64,000 nt of DNA, from the NCBI GenBank assembly GCA_029981435.1, contig JARRBB010000002.1:1042-65041 (forward strand), read 5' to 3'. The translations under genes were made by a program, and so were the position numbers. Below are positions 18,785 through 27,318 of the stretch, in pieces. The notes below the pieces were generated by a model that searched no databases, was not told where the DNA came from, and saw only the letters and a list, made by a program, of their open reading frames with translations. Origin of the DNA: Thermotogaceae bacterium. Its GTDB lineage: Bacteria > Thermotogota > Thermotogae > B21-G9 > HyVt-16. Position 1 is the first letter of the stretch; each line of letters starts with the position of its first letter.

Positions 18785-19258
18785 TTGAAAATAATTATCC
18801 TATGTGTTGGGGGAATAAAAACTAATTTTTTGAAAATGGGTATAAAACAGTACGAAAAATGGTTGTCGAGATATATAAAAGTGGAGACACTCTATTTAAA
18901 AAGTGGGGGTGACATAAACAGGGTTCCAAAAGAAAAAGTACTTCACAACGAAGCAACTAAATTGATAAAATACATTAAGGATGATTATTACAATATTCTT
19001 CTGGACAAAGGTGGAGAGGAATTTTCCTCTGAAGATTTTGCAAAGTTTATAGATCAAACAATTGTTGATGGAAGCAAGTCTGCTATTTTATTTGTTGTTG
19101 GTGGTGTTCATGGAGTTTCAGAAAACATTAAAAATAAGGTTGACAAAAAAATATCTCTGTCAAGAATGACGTTTACCCATGAGTTATCTGTTTTTATTCT
19201 ACTTGAACAATTGTACAGGGCATTCAAAATTATCAACAACGAAAAATATCATTACTGA
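18785..19258 (+). CDS. rlmH: 23S rRNA pseudouridine-1915 N3-methyltransferase
   Basis: SSEDFA, FVVGGVHG, SLSRMTFTHE, LLEQLYRAFKI, YH C-terminus. Confidence 0.93.
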   Translation: MKIIILCVGGIKTNFLKMGIKQYEKWLSRYIKVETLYLKSGGDINRVPKEKVLHNEATKLIKYIKDDYYNILLDKGGEEFSSEDFAKFIDQTIVDGSKSAILFVVGGVHGVSENIKNKVDKKISLSRMTFTHELSVFILLEQLYRAFKIINNEKYHY

Positions 19259-19276
19259 TAAAGAGGTGAGAGTTTA

Positions 19277-20629
19277 GTGGAAAGTACTGAACCTTTAAGT
19301 ATTTCGTTAAAAACTTTCATAGATTTTCTTGTGTTGATATTTCTACTTTTTCTTTCTGGTGTATTCTCTGGCTCCGAAACAGCGCTTACCAGTATTGGAA
19401 GGTTAAAATTAAAGGAAATGCTTGACAAATCAGATAATCCAAACAAAAGGCAGATTATACATGATGCCCTCCACAAACCAAATTGGCTTTTAACAACTAT
19501 CTTGGTTTGCAACAATCTTGTCAATATACTTGCCTCATCCATAGCGACAGTAATTGCACTTGATTTATTACCAAAGAGAGCAGAAGGTATTGCAGTAGCA
19601 ATAGTTACAGGAATAATGACTTTTGCAATCTTAGTTTTCGGTGAGATAACACCAAAGATCTATGCCAAAGAAAATACTGAAAAAGTTTTTAAGAGAACAA
19701 TACAATTCATAAATTTCCTCGGAGTCATTTTAGGACCTGTAGTTTTTGTATTAATGAAGATAAGCAATTTGTTCATAAAAATGTTTGGCGGTGAAAAACT
19801 TGATGAGGCACCCTTTATCACGGAAGACGAGATAATATTTGCTGTTGAGGTTGGAAAGAAAGAAGGTATCCTTAAAAAAGAAGAAAGCGAGTTTGTTTCA
19901 CGAATATTGGAAATGAAAGACACCGATGTTCGTGAGATAATGGTTCCACGGGTAGATATGGTATGTGTTGAAGATGAAGATAATTTACTTGAACTCATAA
20001 AACTGATAAAAGAAGAAGGTTTTTCAAGAATACCTGTGTATCATGAGACAATAGATAATATAATAGGTATATGCTATGCAAAAGACATAATAAATATATT
20101 AGCTGAAGAATCTGATTTAAGAAATATTGAGAAAATAAAAGTCAGAGAATTAATGCATCAACCTTACTTTATACCCGAAACAAAAAAAATAAGTGATTTA
20201 TTATCTGAGTTCAGAAAAATGAAAATACATATGGCGATAGTTGTTGACGAGTTTGGAGGCACCTTAGGATTAGCAACTTTAGAAGATATACTGGAATACA
20301 TAGTTGGTGAAATTATGGATGAGTTTGATCATGACGAAAAGCTCGGGATAAAGCAAATTAAAGAAAATGTTTATATAATTGATGCCAAAACCCCAATTGC
20401 TGATTTAGAAAGAGAATTAAATATCGAATTTCCTGAAACAGAGTTTGAAACAATAGGAGGATATCTATTAGAGGTTTTTGAAAAAGTCCCAAGTGTTGGT
20501 GAAGAAATAGATGTAAATGGATTCAATTTTAAAATTCTTGCCGCAAGTAAGAGTAGAATTGACAAGATTCAGATGGAGATAAAGCACAAATTAAAGCAAG
20601 AAGATTTAAGTATAGAAAGTGAGGAATGA
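19277..20629 (+). CDS. Hemolysin-family CNNM/CBS/CorC domain membrane protein
   Basis: FSGSETAL, FGEITPK, MVPR, FSRIPV, VVDEFGG, EDILEYIVGEI. Confidence 0.92.
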   Translation: MESTEPLSISLKTFIDFLVLIFLLFLSGVFSGSETALTSIGRLKLKEMLDKSDNPNKRQIIHDALHKPNWLLTTILVCNNLVNILASSIATVIALDLLPKRAEGIAVAIVTGIMTFAILVFGEITPKIYAKENTEKVFKRTIQFINFLGVILGPVVFVLMKISNLFIKMFGGEKLDEAPFITEDEIIFAVEVGKKEGILKKEESEFVSRILEMKDTDVREIMVPRVDMVCVEDEDNLLELIKLIKEEGFSRIPVYHETIDNIIGICYAKDIINILAEESDLRNIEKIKVRELMHQPYFIPETKKISDLLSEFRKMKIHMAIVVDEFGGTLGLATLEDILEYIVGEIMDEFDHDEKLGIKQIKENVYIIDAKTPIADLERELNIEFPETEFETIGGYLLEVFEKVPSVGEEIDVNGFNFKILAASKSRIDKIQMEIKHKLKQEDLSIESEE

Positions 20630-20631
20630 AC

Positions 20632-21030
20632 ATGGATGATAAACATTTAATTGAAATAGCACGCAAAGCAAAAGAGAATGCTTATTCACCTTATTCAAAA
20701 TTCAAAGTAGGAGCGGCTCTTTTGACTAAAAATGGAAAAGTATACACCGGCTGTAATATTGAAAATTCTTCTTTCGGTCTTTCAATTTGTGCTGAAAGAG
20801 TCGCGATTTTCAAAGCAATTTCGGAAGGAGAAAAAGATTTTGAAAAAATCGTAATAGTGGCTGACACTACCGAATCAATAAGGCCTTGCGGTGCTTGCAG
20901 ACAGGTGATGTCTGAATTCGGAGATTTTGAGATTGTAATGGTTTCAAAAAAGAATGAAATAGCTAAATCCTCTGTTAGAAAGCTTTTACCTTTCAACTTC
21001 AATGGTAGTTTTTTAGAAATTCAACACTGA
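20632..21030 (+). CDS. cdd: Cytidine deaminase
   Basis: AYSPYSKFKVGAA, GCNIEN, CAERVA, PCGACRQ. Confidence 0.96.
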   Translation: MDDKHLIEIARKAKENAYSPYSKFKVGAALLTKNGKVYTGCNIENSSFGLSICAERVAIFKAISEGEKDFEKIVIVADTTESIRPCGACRQVMSEFGDFEIVMVSKKNEIAKSSVRKLLPFNFNGSFLEIQH

Positions 21031-21031
21031 A

Positions 21032-21637
21032 TCACTCAGAATATTTGAGATATGCATAAGGTATCCATAGACTAACTAAAAAGCTTCCTAGTACTGAGCC
21101 TATGAATGGGATAAATGATATCAATATTCCTATAACAACTATTAGAAAAATTATCCAGAAATTTCCCTGCGAATATGTGAAATTGATGCTTTCTTTCATG
21201 GAATCTATAATTCCAAGTTTCTTTTTGACAATAGCAGGTACAGAAACAGCAAAACTTATCATTATTATTATTCCGGGTATGATGAACAAAATCAGCCCGA
21301 TTGAAGTAAGAATTGATATTATGAAACTTGTAATTAAAAGATTTCCAATCTGTTCGACAACTCTAAACCAGCTTTTTCTCAAATCAACGGTTCCTTGAGT
21401 GAGTATCTCATCCAGAATAGCAACAAGCCATCCTTGCATTAGTAAAACTACTATCCATTCGAAAATTGAAAGAATGAAAAATCTGAATCCAGATAAGAAG
21501 ATACCACCTCTAAAAGTGACAAGAATCACAATCAGTGATACCAGCGCTGACAACAATGGTGGAATTCCTACTATAGGATATTTTTTGAGTAATTCGAATG
21601 GAGCTTTTAAGGTGTCGGTAACATTAACTTTCGCCAT
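21032..21637 (-). CDS. Hypothetical membrane protein
   Basis: Several TM helices, GLILFIIPGI motif; translationally coupled to the upstream permease. Confidence 0.75.
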   Translation of the reverse strand: MAKVNVTDTLKAPFELLKKYPIVGIPPLLSALVSLIVILVTFRGGIFLSGFRFFILSIFEWIVVLLMQGWLVAILDEILTQGTVDLRKSWFRVVEQIGNLLITSFIISILTSIGLILFIIPGIIIMISFAVSVPAIVKKKLGIIDSMKESINFTYSQGNFWIIFLIVVIGILISFIPFIGSVLGSFLVSLWIPYAYLKYSE

Positions 21638-22877
21638 GGGTTCCCCTCCTTAAAACTTTTCTTTTAGCTTTTCCAACTATTATTCTATCTGAATTAAATA
21701 ATTTACTTATAATAGCTATCATTAATACAGCGAAGAAAGCTGTATAAGTTATACTCCAGGAAATCATGCTGTGATCTCCAATCATCAAATTGCGGATGGC
21801 AAGCATAGGGTGAATGAATGGGATCAAAAAAGTTATGATTTTCAATGCAAATGGGAGTGTGCTAAAATCCTTAAACATGGTTATTATCATACTAAATATT
21901 GCAAGAGCAATCAACGGAAAGTTCATACTTTGAGCACTTTTAAAATCACGAGAAAATATGCCAAGCAACATCGAAATTGATATTCCTGACAGTAAAGCTG
22001 TGAAAAGTAAAATTCCTATTAGAAAATAATCATAAAATCCAAGGCCTATATTTATCAAATTTGAAGAGTCTATTGCGAAAGATTTCATGTAAAAACTGAA
22101 GCCGATCATATATATTGCAGCCATTATCAAGCCAGAAATAGCTGATGATAGTATTTTCGAAAAAACTATTTGTGTTCTTTTAACAGGCATTGTTAAGAGT
22201 GTTTCAAGGGTTTTGTTTTCCTTCTCTAAACCCATCGAAGATATTACAGAACCTCCAGCCATAAGAATCAACATCATTATGATTACTGTAGTTATTGTTG
22301 ATTGAGAAGAAATTTTACTCATCAGTTGACTTGGTGAAATTCCCGCTAAATTTTTTTCTTTCAAAAAGGTTGTATCACTTTTTAGAACAGGGTTCAAAAT
22401 AAAATCAGGATCTTTCGTTCCCATTTTTACTAACAATGATTTCGATATTTCGTTTTTTAAATAATTCAACAAATTTTCCACGACTCCTGAAGAAACTGAA
22501 TCCATTATCCCCAGACCTTTTAAAAACCAAAAAACTTTTATCTCTGGTTGAATCCCACTGTTTATTTGAAGAGTAAAATCTTCAGGAATTACTAAAAATG
22601 CTATTCCCTTGTTATTAGTCTTTGCAATACCTTCATCTACGTTTTTCCCTTCGTACAAAACTATAGATATATTTCTCAAAATATTCACTATCAAAGCTCC
22701 AAGCTCTCCATTATCGAGATTTACAACTCCTATCGATGGTTTTTTTGAAATTTCATTCTCGATATTGCCAATACTTTGTCCAATAAGTGCGTACATGAAA
22801 GACAAAGAAGCAACTATTATTATGCTTGACAGGGTAAGTTGTTCTTTTAATTCTTTCTTCAAAAGGTTCCAGAACAC
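21624..22877 (-). CDS. ABC-2 permease (NatB-like)
   Basis: LEKENKTLETLLTMPVKR motif; GTG start after GAGGTG. Confidence 0.88.
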   Translation of the reverse strand: MFWNLLKKELKEQLTLSSIIIVASLSFMYALIGQSIGNIENEISKKPSIGVVNLDNGELGALIVNILRNISIVLYEGKNVDEGIAKTNNKGIAFLVIPEDFTLQINSGIQPEIKVFWFLKGLGIMDSVSSGVVENLLNYLKNEISKSLLVKMGTKDPDFILNPVLKSDTTFLKEKNLAGISPSQLMSKISSQSTITTVIIMMLILMAGGSVISSMGLEKENKTLETLLTMPVKRTQIVFSKILSSAISGLIMAAIYMIGFSFYMKSFAIDSSNLINIGLGFYDYFLIGILLFTALLSGISISMLLGIFSRDFKSAQSMNFPLIALAIFSMIITMFKDFSTLPFALKIITFLIPFIHPMLAIRNLMIGDHSMISWSITYTAFFAVLMIAIISKLFNSDRIIVGKAKRKVLRRGTHGES

Positions 22878-23590
22878 TTTATCACCTCTGTAAAAACTTC
22901 TTCTATGTTTCGACAATTGTATTTCTCTATGAGTTCTTTTGGTGAACCCATTTCAACTATCTTTCCATTATTTATAAGAGCGATTCTATCACATAAAAAT
23001 TCCACTTCCAGCATATTATGAGATGATAACAAGACGGTAATTCCATGTCTTGTTGAATCCTTTATTATCTTTCTTACTTCTTGTGCATTTAAAACGTCAA
23101 GACCTGATGTGGGTTCATCGAGTATGGCAAGTTTAGGAGATATCATCAGTGTACGTGCGACTAACAATCTTCTAATCATTCCTTTGCTGTAAGTATCCAC
23201 CTTATCGTTTATTCGATCTCCTAAATTGGCTATTTCAACACCCCTATTGACGATTTCTTTCATTTTGACACCTTTTGCGAAAAATCTTGCTATAAAAACA
23301 AGATAATCAATTCCTGTGAAGTTTTTGTATGCTCCAGCATCTTCGGGAAGGTAACTTATTATTTTTCTGACTTTATCTGATTCTCTCACAATATCATAAT
23401 CAAGAATTTTAATAATTCCAGCTGTTGGTTTCAGAAGAGTTGAAATTATTCTCAAAGTAGTGGTTTTTCCAGCACCATTCGGACCTATTAATCCAAATAT
23501 TTCCCCCTCTTCTATATTAAAATTTATTCCTTTAACAGCCTCAAAAGAGTCATATGATTTTTTCAAATCAATTACTTCAACAATTGGCAA
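22859..23590 (-). CDS. ABC transporter ATP-binding protein (NatA-like)
   Basis: GPNGAGKTT, YSKGM, ILDEPTSGLD, SSH. Confidence 0.92.
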   Translation of the reverse strand: MPIVEVIDLKKSYDSFEAVKGINFNIEEGEIFGLIGPNGAGKTTTLRIISTLLKPTAGIIKILDYDIVRESDKVRKIISYLPEDAGAYKNFTGIDYLVFIARFFAKGVKMKEIVNRGVEIANLGDRINDKVDTYSKGMIRRLLVARTLMISPKLAILDEPTSGLDVLNAQEVRKIIKDSTRHGITVLLSSHNMLEVEFLCDRIALINNGKIVEMGSPKELIEKYNCRNIEEVFTEVIKCSGTF

Positions 23591-23632
23591 ATTCGTTCTC
23601 CTCCTCTTATTGGTATATTGTCATTATACAAC

Positions 23633-23660
23633 AAAAAAGAGCCCATTTCTGGGCTCCTTT
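23633..23660 (-). terminator. Intrinsic terminator downstream of the tRNA
   Basis: On the minus strand GAGCCCA-gaaa-TGGGCTC followed by TTTTTT. Confidence 0.85.
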
Positions 23661-23668
23661 ATATTTGT

Positions 23669-23743
23669 TGGTGGGTGCGGCAGGGATTGAACCTGCGACC
23701 TCTTCCGCGTCAAGGAAGCGCTCTCCCGCTGAGCTACGCACCC
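23669..23743 (-). tRNA. tRNA-Val(GAC)
   Basis: GGGTGCG acceptor stem, anticodon arm CTTCC-TTGACGC-GGAAG, GGTTCAATCC T-loop, encoded CCA. Confidence 0.96.
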
Positions 23744-23757
23744 AACAAGCAATTTAT

Positions 23758-23786
23758 ATGATACCTAAAATATCATAAAGTGTCAA
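23758..23786 (-). promoter_or_regulatory. Sigma70-type promoter of the tRNA gene
   Basis: TTGACA-17 nt-TATCAT on the minus strand. Confidence 0.8.
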
Positions 23787-23801
23787 GAGTCTCAAATGAA
23801 A

Positions 23802-24848
23802 TTAAACCTTCTCAAAGTGAATTACATCTGTTCTTTTCCTGCTTCCAAAACCTGTTCCAACCTTTCGATTTAGATTTGTTATCATCTTTTTCATACAGGG
23901 AATACATCTCATGTCTGATTCAAAAACACATATTTTATTCGGATACAATTGATAAAGTGGTTTGTATTTAGCGGGTGTTAAATTGGGCATTATAACATTT
24001 GCACCTACTTTCAGCGCAAGTTCTCTACCATTTGGATGAATGGATCCCATAGCGGTTGTTGCTGGTATATTGCTGTCGGGTATTAGAAGTCTGGTCAAAG
24101 CTATCATCTTTAAGCACATTTTTAAATCACCTGCTTTTTCTTTTCCAAGCGGTGTATCCTGATGAGGTATAAAAGGTCCTATTCCAACCATATCAGCGTC
24201 CAATTCTCTTAAAAAAATCAGGTCCAATGCCAATTCTTTTGGGCCTTGGCCAGGCAATCCAACCATACAGCCTGCACCTGTTTCATATCCAAGTTTTTTA
24301 AGAGTTTTTAAATGTTTTACTCTCATCTCAAAAGAACTATCTGGATGTAAAAAGTTGTAAAGTTTTTCACTTGCGGTTTCGTGCCTCATTAAATATCTAT
24401 CAGCACCTGATTCTTTCCAAAGTTCATAATCCTTCTCTTCTCTTTCACCAAGGCTTAGTGTAACTGCTACATTCATTTTTTTTATACTTTTTACGATATC
24501 TGCTATCATTTCTGCGGTGTAATATGGATCTTCTCCAGATTGAAGTACTATAGTTTTTATACCACGCTCAGTTATTCTTTTTGCTCTTTCGATAATTTCT
24601 TCTTTTGTCATTCTGTATCTATCTATATTCTTATTTTCACTTCTTATACCACAATAAAGACAATGTCTTCTGCAATAATTTGAAAATTCTATTATCCCTC
24701 TCAAATGAACCTCATCACCAACATATCTTTTTCTAACTTCATCCGCAGCTTCGAAAAGTTTCTCAGTATAGTCATCTTTCTCAAGTAGATAAACTAATTC
24801 CTCATAAGTTACAGTATCAGGTTTTTGAACCAGTTTTTCTATCAACAA
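23802..24848 (-). CDS. hydE: [FeFe]-hydrogenase H-cluster radical SAM maturase HydE
   Basis: CRRHCLYC, LQSGED, RHET, GANVIMPN, YQLYPNKIC...CIPC; in an operon with hydG. Confidence 0.93.
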   Translation of the reverse strand: MLIEKLVQKPDTVTYEELVYLLEKDDYTEKLFEAADEVRKRYVGDEVHLRGIIEFSNYCRRHCLYCGIRSENKNIDRYRMTKEEIIERAKRITERGIKTIVLQSGEDPYYTAEMIADIVKSIKKMNVAVTLSLGEREEKDYELWKESGADRYLMRHETASEKLYNFLHPDSSFEMRVKHLKTLKKLGYETGAGCMVGLPGQGPKELALDLIFLRELDADMVGIGPFIPHQDTPLGKEKAGDLKMCLKMIALTRLLIPDSNIPATTAMGSIHPNGRELALKVGANVIMPNLTPAKYKPLYQLYPNKICVFESDMRCIPCMKKMITNLNRKVGTGFGSRKRTDVIHFEKV

Positions 24849-25089
24849 AGTTTTGCACCACCTTCTCTAAAATTTCTAATATTTCAGAATTCAAAGTATC
24901 TAATCCTTCTGAGAAAACAACTATATCGTCTCTTTCATATACTTTGTTAGCCGGTAAGAATTTTTCTTCTCCTGCCTTCATTTCACTAATATACGCCAGT
25001 CTCTTTCCAATTCTTTTTGTCAGCCAGATTTTACAATCATATTTTTTAGCTATGTAAGCCAGTAATTTTTTTGCTTCAGAATCTGACAT
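24817..25089 (-). CDS. Small hypothetical protein between hydG and hydE (TM1268-like position)
   Basis: 90 aa, GAGGTG SD, overlaps both neighbours. Confidence 0.7.
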   Translation of the reverse strand: MSDSEAKKLLAYIAKKYDCKIWLTKRIGKRLAYISEMKAGEEKFLPANKVYERDDIVVFSEGLDTLNSEILEILEKVVQNFVDRKTGSKT

Positions 25090-26488
25090 CTCTTTCACCT
25101 CTATCAAGGCGTTCCAACCCTTCCAAGATTGTTTTTCTATTCTTTTCATCAAATTTTTCAAGCTCTTTGTTTATCAACTTCTCACCCAGTGCTTTTGTTT
25201 CAGGACTTGCATAATCATTTAGATATTCTTTCAACGTGAATAAAGCATTAGGTGTACAGAAACGTTTCACAAAACCAGGAATAGCGAACTCCATAAAATG
25301 TTCTCCCGTTCTTCCAGCTCTGTAGCATGCGGTACAGAAGGAAGGTATATAACCATCTTTCAACAATTCGTATATGACCTCGTCCAGACTTCTTCTGTCT
25401 CCAAGCAGGAATTGACTCTTCTTTATAACCTCTTCATCTGTAGATGAATATGAGCCTACTCCTATGCTTGACCCTGCGTCAATCTGTGAAACCCCAAGTT
25501 TTATAACTTCATCTCTGAGTTCAGGTCTTTCGCGTGCGGTCAATATCAAACCGGTGTAAGGAACAGATAACCTGAGTATCGCAACCAGCTTCTTGAACTC
25601 TTTATCGCTGACAGGTTTAGGTGGATTTTCAGAAAAAGGTGTACCAACTGCAGGCTCGATTCTCGGAAAGGAAATAGTATGAGGTCCAACTCCAAATCTT
25701 TCTTCAAGATGTATTGTATGATGCAACAGGCCCATGACTTCATATTTCCAGTCGTACAAACCAAATAAAGCACCTATTCCAACATCATCAATTCCTGCAA
25801 TCATTGCCCTGTCGAGCCCATAAAGTCTCCAGGCAAAATTTGATTTAGGTCCTCTTGGATGAAGTTTCCTGTATGTGGGCATGTGATAGGTTTCCTGAAA
25901 TATTTGAAAAGTACCAATTCCAACTTCTTTAATTATTTTGTATCCTTCAACTGTTTGAGGAGCGGCATTAACGTTTACTCTTCTTATCTCACCATTGTCG
26001 AACTTTGTGCTATAAATAAGATCTATAGTATGTGCTATAAATTCTGGGGAATACTTTGGATGCTCGCCGTATACTACTATAAGTCTTTTATGTCCTTTAC
26101 TAACAAGAGCTTTTACTTCTTCTTTCAACTCTTCATCTGTAAGTGTTTTTCTCAAAACCTCTCTGTTCGAGACTCTGAAACCGCAGTAAACACAATCATT
26201 ACAGCATTCATTACCAATGTATAGTGGCGCAAATAAAACAATTCTATTACCATAAATGATCGTTTTCAATTTACGTGCGGCTTCGAATATTTCTTCCAGA
26301 ATTTCTTCATCCTCAACATTTAGAAGTGTTGCCGTTTCTTCTGGTTCTAATCTCTGTTTAGAAAGAGATTTTGCCAGAATATCTCTAACTTTTTTAGGAT
26401 CTGGAGTAGCACTTTCAAGCTGTTTCTTTATCTTTTCTTCAGAAATAAAAGTTTTTTCATCTACCCTTTCTTTAGCAAATACAAACAT
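25076..26488 (-). CDS. hydG: [FeFe]-hydrogenase H-cluster radical SAM maturase HydG
   Basis: CCNDCVYC radical SAM motif, FQETYH, PHTISFPR, C-terminal FCTACY...FCTPN auxiliary cluster motif. Confidence 0.96.
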   Translation of the reverse strand: MFVFAKERVDEKTFISEEKIKKQLESATPDPKKVRDILAKSLSKQRLEPEETATLLNVEDEEILEEIFEAARKLKTIIYGNRIVLFAPLYIGNECCNDCVYCGFRVSNREVLRKTLTDEELKEEVKALVSKGHKRLIVVYGEHPKYSPEFIAHTIDLIYSTKFDNGEIRRVNVNAAPQTVEGYKIIKEVGIGTFQIFQETYHMPTYRKLHPRGPKSNFAWRLYGLDRAMIAGIDDVGIGALFGLYDWKYEVMGLLHHTIHLEERFGVGPHTISFPRIEPAVGTPFSENPPKPVSDKEFKKLVAILRLSVPYTGLILTARERPELRDEVIKLGVSQIDAGSSIGVGSYSSTDEEVIKKSQFLLGDRRSLDEVIYELLKDGYIPSFCTACYRAGRTGEHFMEFAIPGFVKRFCTPNALFTLKEYLNDYASPETKALGEKLINKELEKFDEKNRKTILEGLERLDRGERDVRF

Positions 26489-26501
26489 TATCTCACCACC
26501 C

Positions 26502-26741
26502 TTAACGTTTTATCATGATCGATTTGACACGTATCCCCTTTATTTGTCCTAATTTTCCACTAAAAGCACCCATCGTATCGTTATCAGCTTTGATAATTAA
26601 AATTATTATTCCAACATCTTCTTCCTTGACTGGATACCCTACTCTCAATTCAATGTATTTAGCGTACTGATGGAGTAGTTCATTCACCTCACGATATACA
26701 GCTTCTCTGTTCTCTACAAGGATATTCAAAAGATAGTACAA
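26502..26741 (-). CDS. TM1266-family iron-only hydrogenase system putative regulator (ACT/NikR-C-like)
   Basis: ILVENR...VNELLH...RVGYP...GIIILII...SGKLGQIKGIRVKS; first gene of the hydG operon; TTG start. Confidence 0.88.
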   Translation of the reverse strand: MYYLLNILVENREAVYREVNELLHQYAKYIELRVGYPVKEEDVGIIILIIKADNDTMGAFSGKLGQIKGIRVKSIMIKR

Positions 26742-26880
26742 AAAAATCCCCTCCCTTTTTCTACACCAAGGGAGGGGATCATAATATCTGTTACTACTTC
26801 TTTATATAATGAAAGCCACTTATTTCTCATTTACTGATCCCTCTCCCTTGGTGTCAGGTTTTTTAACCCTTCACCTCAGG
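26740..26880 (-). promoter_or_regulatory. Putative attenuator leader with mutually exclusive hairpins
   Basis: 26768-26779 pairs perfectly with 26746-26757 (12 bp, followed by a U-run, contains the SD) or 26763-26781 pairs with 26835-26854 (19 bp, one bulge); a 5' hairpin at 26846-26880 overlaps the latter. Confidence 0.8.
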
Positions 26881-26883
26881 AAT

Positions 26884-26901
26884 TAGAGAAAAAATTCACA
26901 A
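26884..26901. promoter_or_regulatory. Putative Rex operator upstream of the hydG operon
   Basis: TTGTGAA-TTTT-TTCTCTA on the minus strand versus Rex consensus TTGTGAA-N4-TTCACAA. Confidence 0.65.
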
Positions 26902-26912
26902 CTCCATTTTAA

Positions 26913-26921
26913 ATTATATCA
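26913..26921 (-). promoter_or_regulatory. Extended -10 promoter of the hydG operon
   Basis: TGATATAAT on the minus strand. Confidence 0.65.
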
Positions 26922-26967
26922 TATCCTTATTTTATATAAAAAGAATTTAACCTACACTAAAAATTCC

Positions 26968-27005
26968 TGATATAATTTGACATTTCAATACAAAATGACT
27001 ATAAT
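26968..27005 (+). promoter_or_regulatory. Consensus sigma70 promoter with a second extended -10 directly upstream
   Basis: TTGACA (26977-26982)-17 nt-TATAAT (27000-27005); TGATATAAT at 26968-26976. Confidence 0.85.
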
Positions 27006-27027
27006 TATGGTCAGAGGTGATTGGAAC

Positions 27028-27318
27028 TTGAAAATATCAGATTTGGAATTCTATTCGTTAGCCGAGGCAAAAAAGAATTTTGCAAAGGTTGTGAAAAAAT
27101 CCGAAACAAATGATGTAGTCATAACCAGAAATGGTAAGCCCTCAGTAGTAATGGTTAACTATTCCAAATATGTAAAATTAATGGATTTCATATCTAATGT
27201 GTATGAACTTTATTTAATTGATGTTGGTGAGAAAGAATTTCCTCTAATAAAGGATATTAAAAAAATCATATTTGAATCAAGTGAGGAGGTAAGTGAAGAT
27301 GGCACAGGTACTTCTTGA
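27028..27318 (+). CDS. Phd/YefM antitoxin-family protein
   Basis: YSLAEAKKNFAKVV...DVVITRNGKPSVVMV Phd-type N-terminal domain; TTG after GAGGTG. Confidence 0.85.
   Translation: MKISDLEFYSLAEAKKNFAKVVKKSETNDVVITRNGKPSVVMVNYSKYVKLMDFISNVYELYLIDVGEKEFPLIKDIKKIIFESSEEVSEDGTGTS

Noticed and set aside
23669-23743. tRNA-Val as a prophage or island integration site
   Set aside because: No integrase and no duplicated tRNA 3' end seen in the window; flanks are housekeeping genes.
23460-23971. Plus-strand ORFs across the tRNA region
   Set aside because: They overlap the tRNA and the flanking minus-strand genes; no coding evidence.
23802-26488. Radical SAM genes as bioB and thiH
   Set aside because: The C-terminal cysteine motifs and the operon context identify HydE and HydG.
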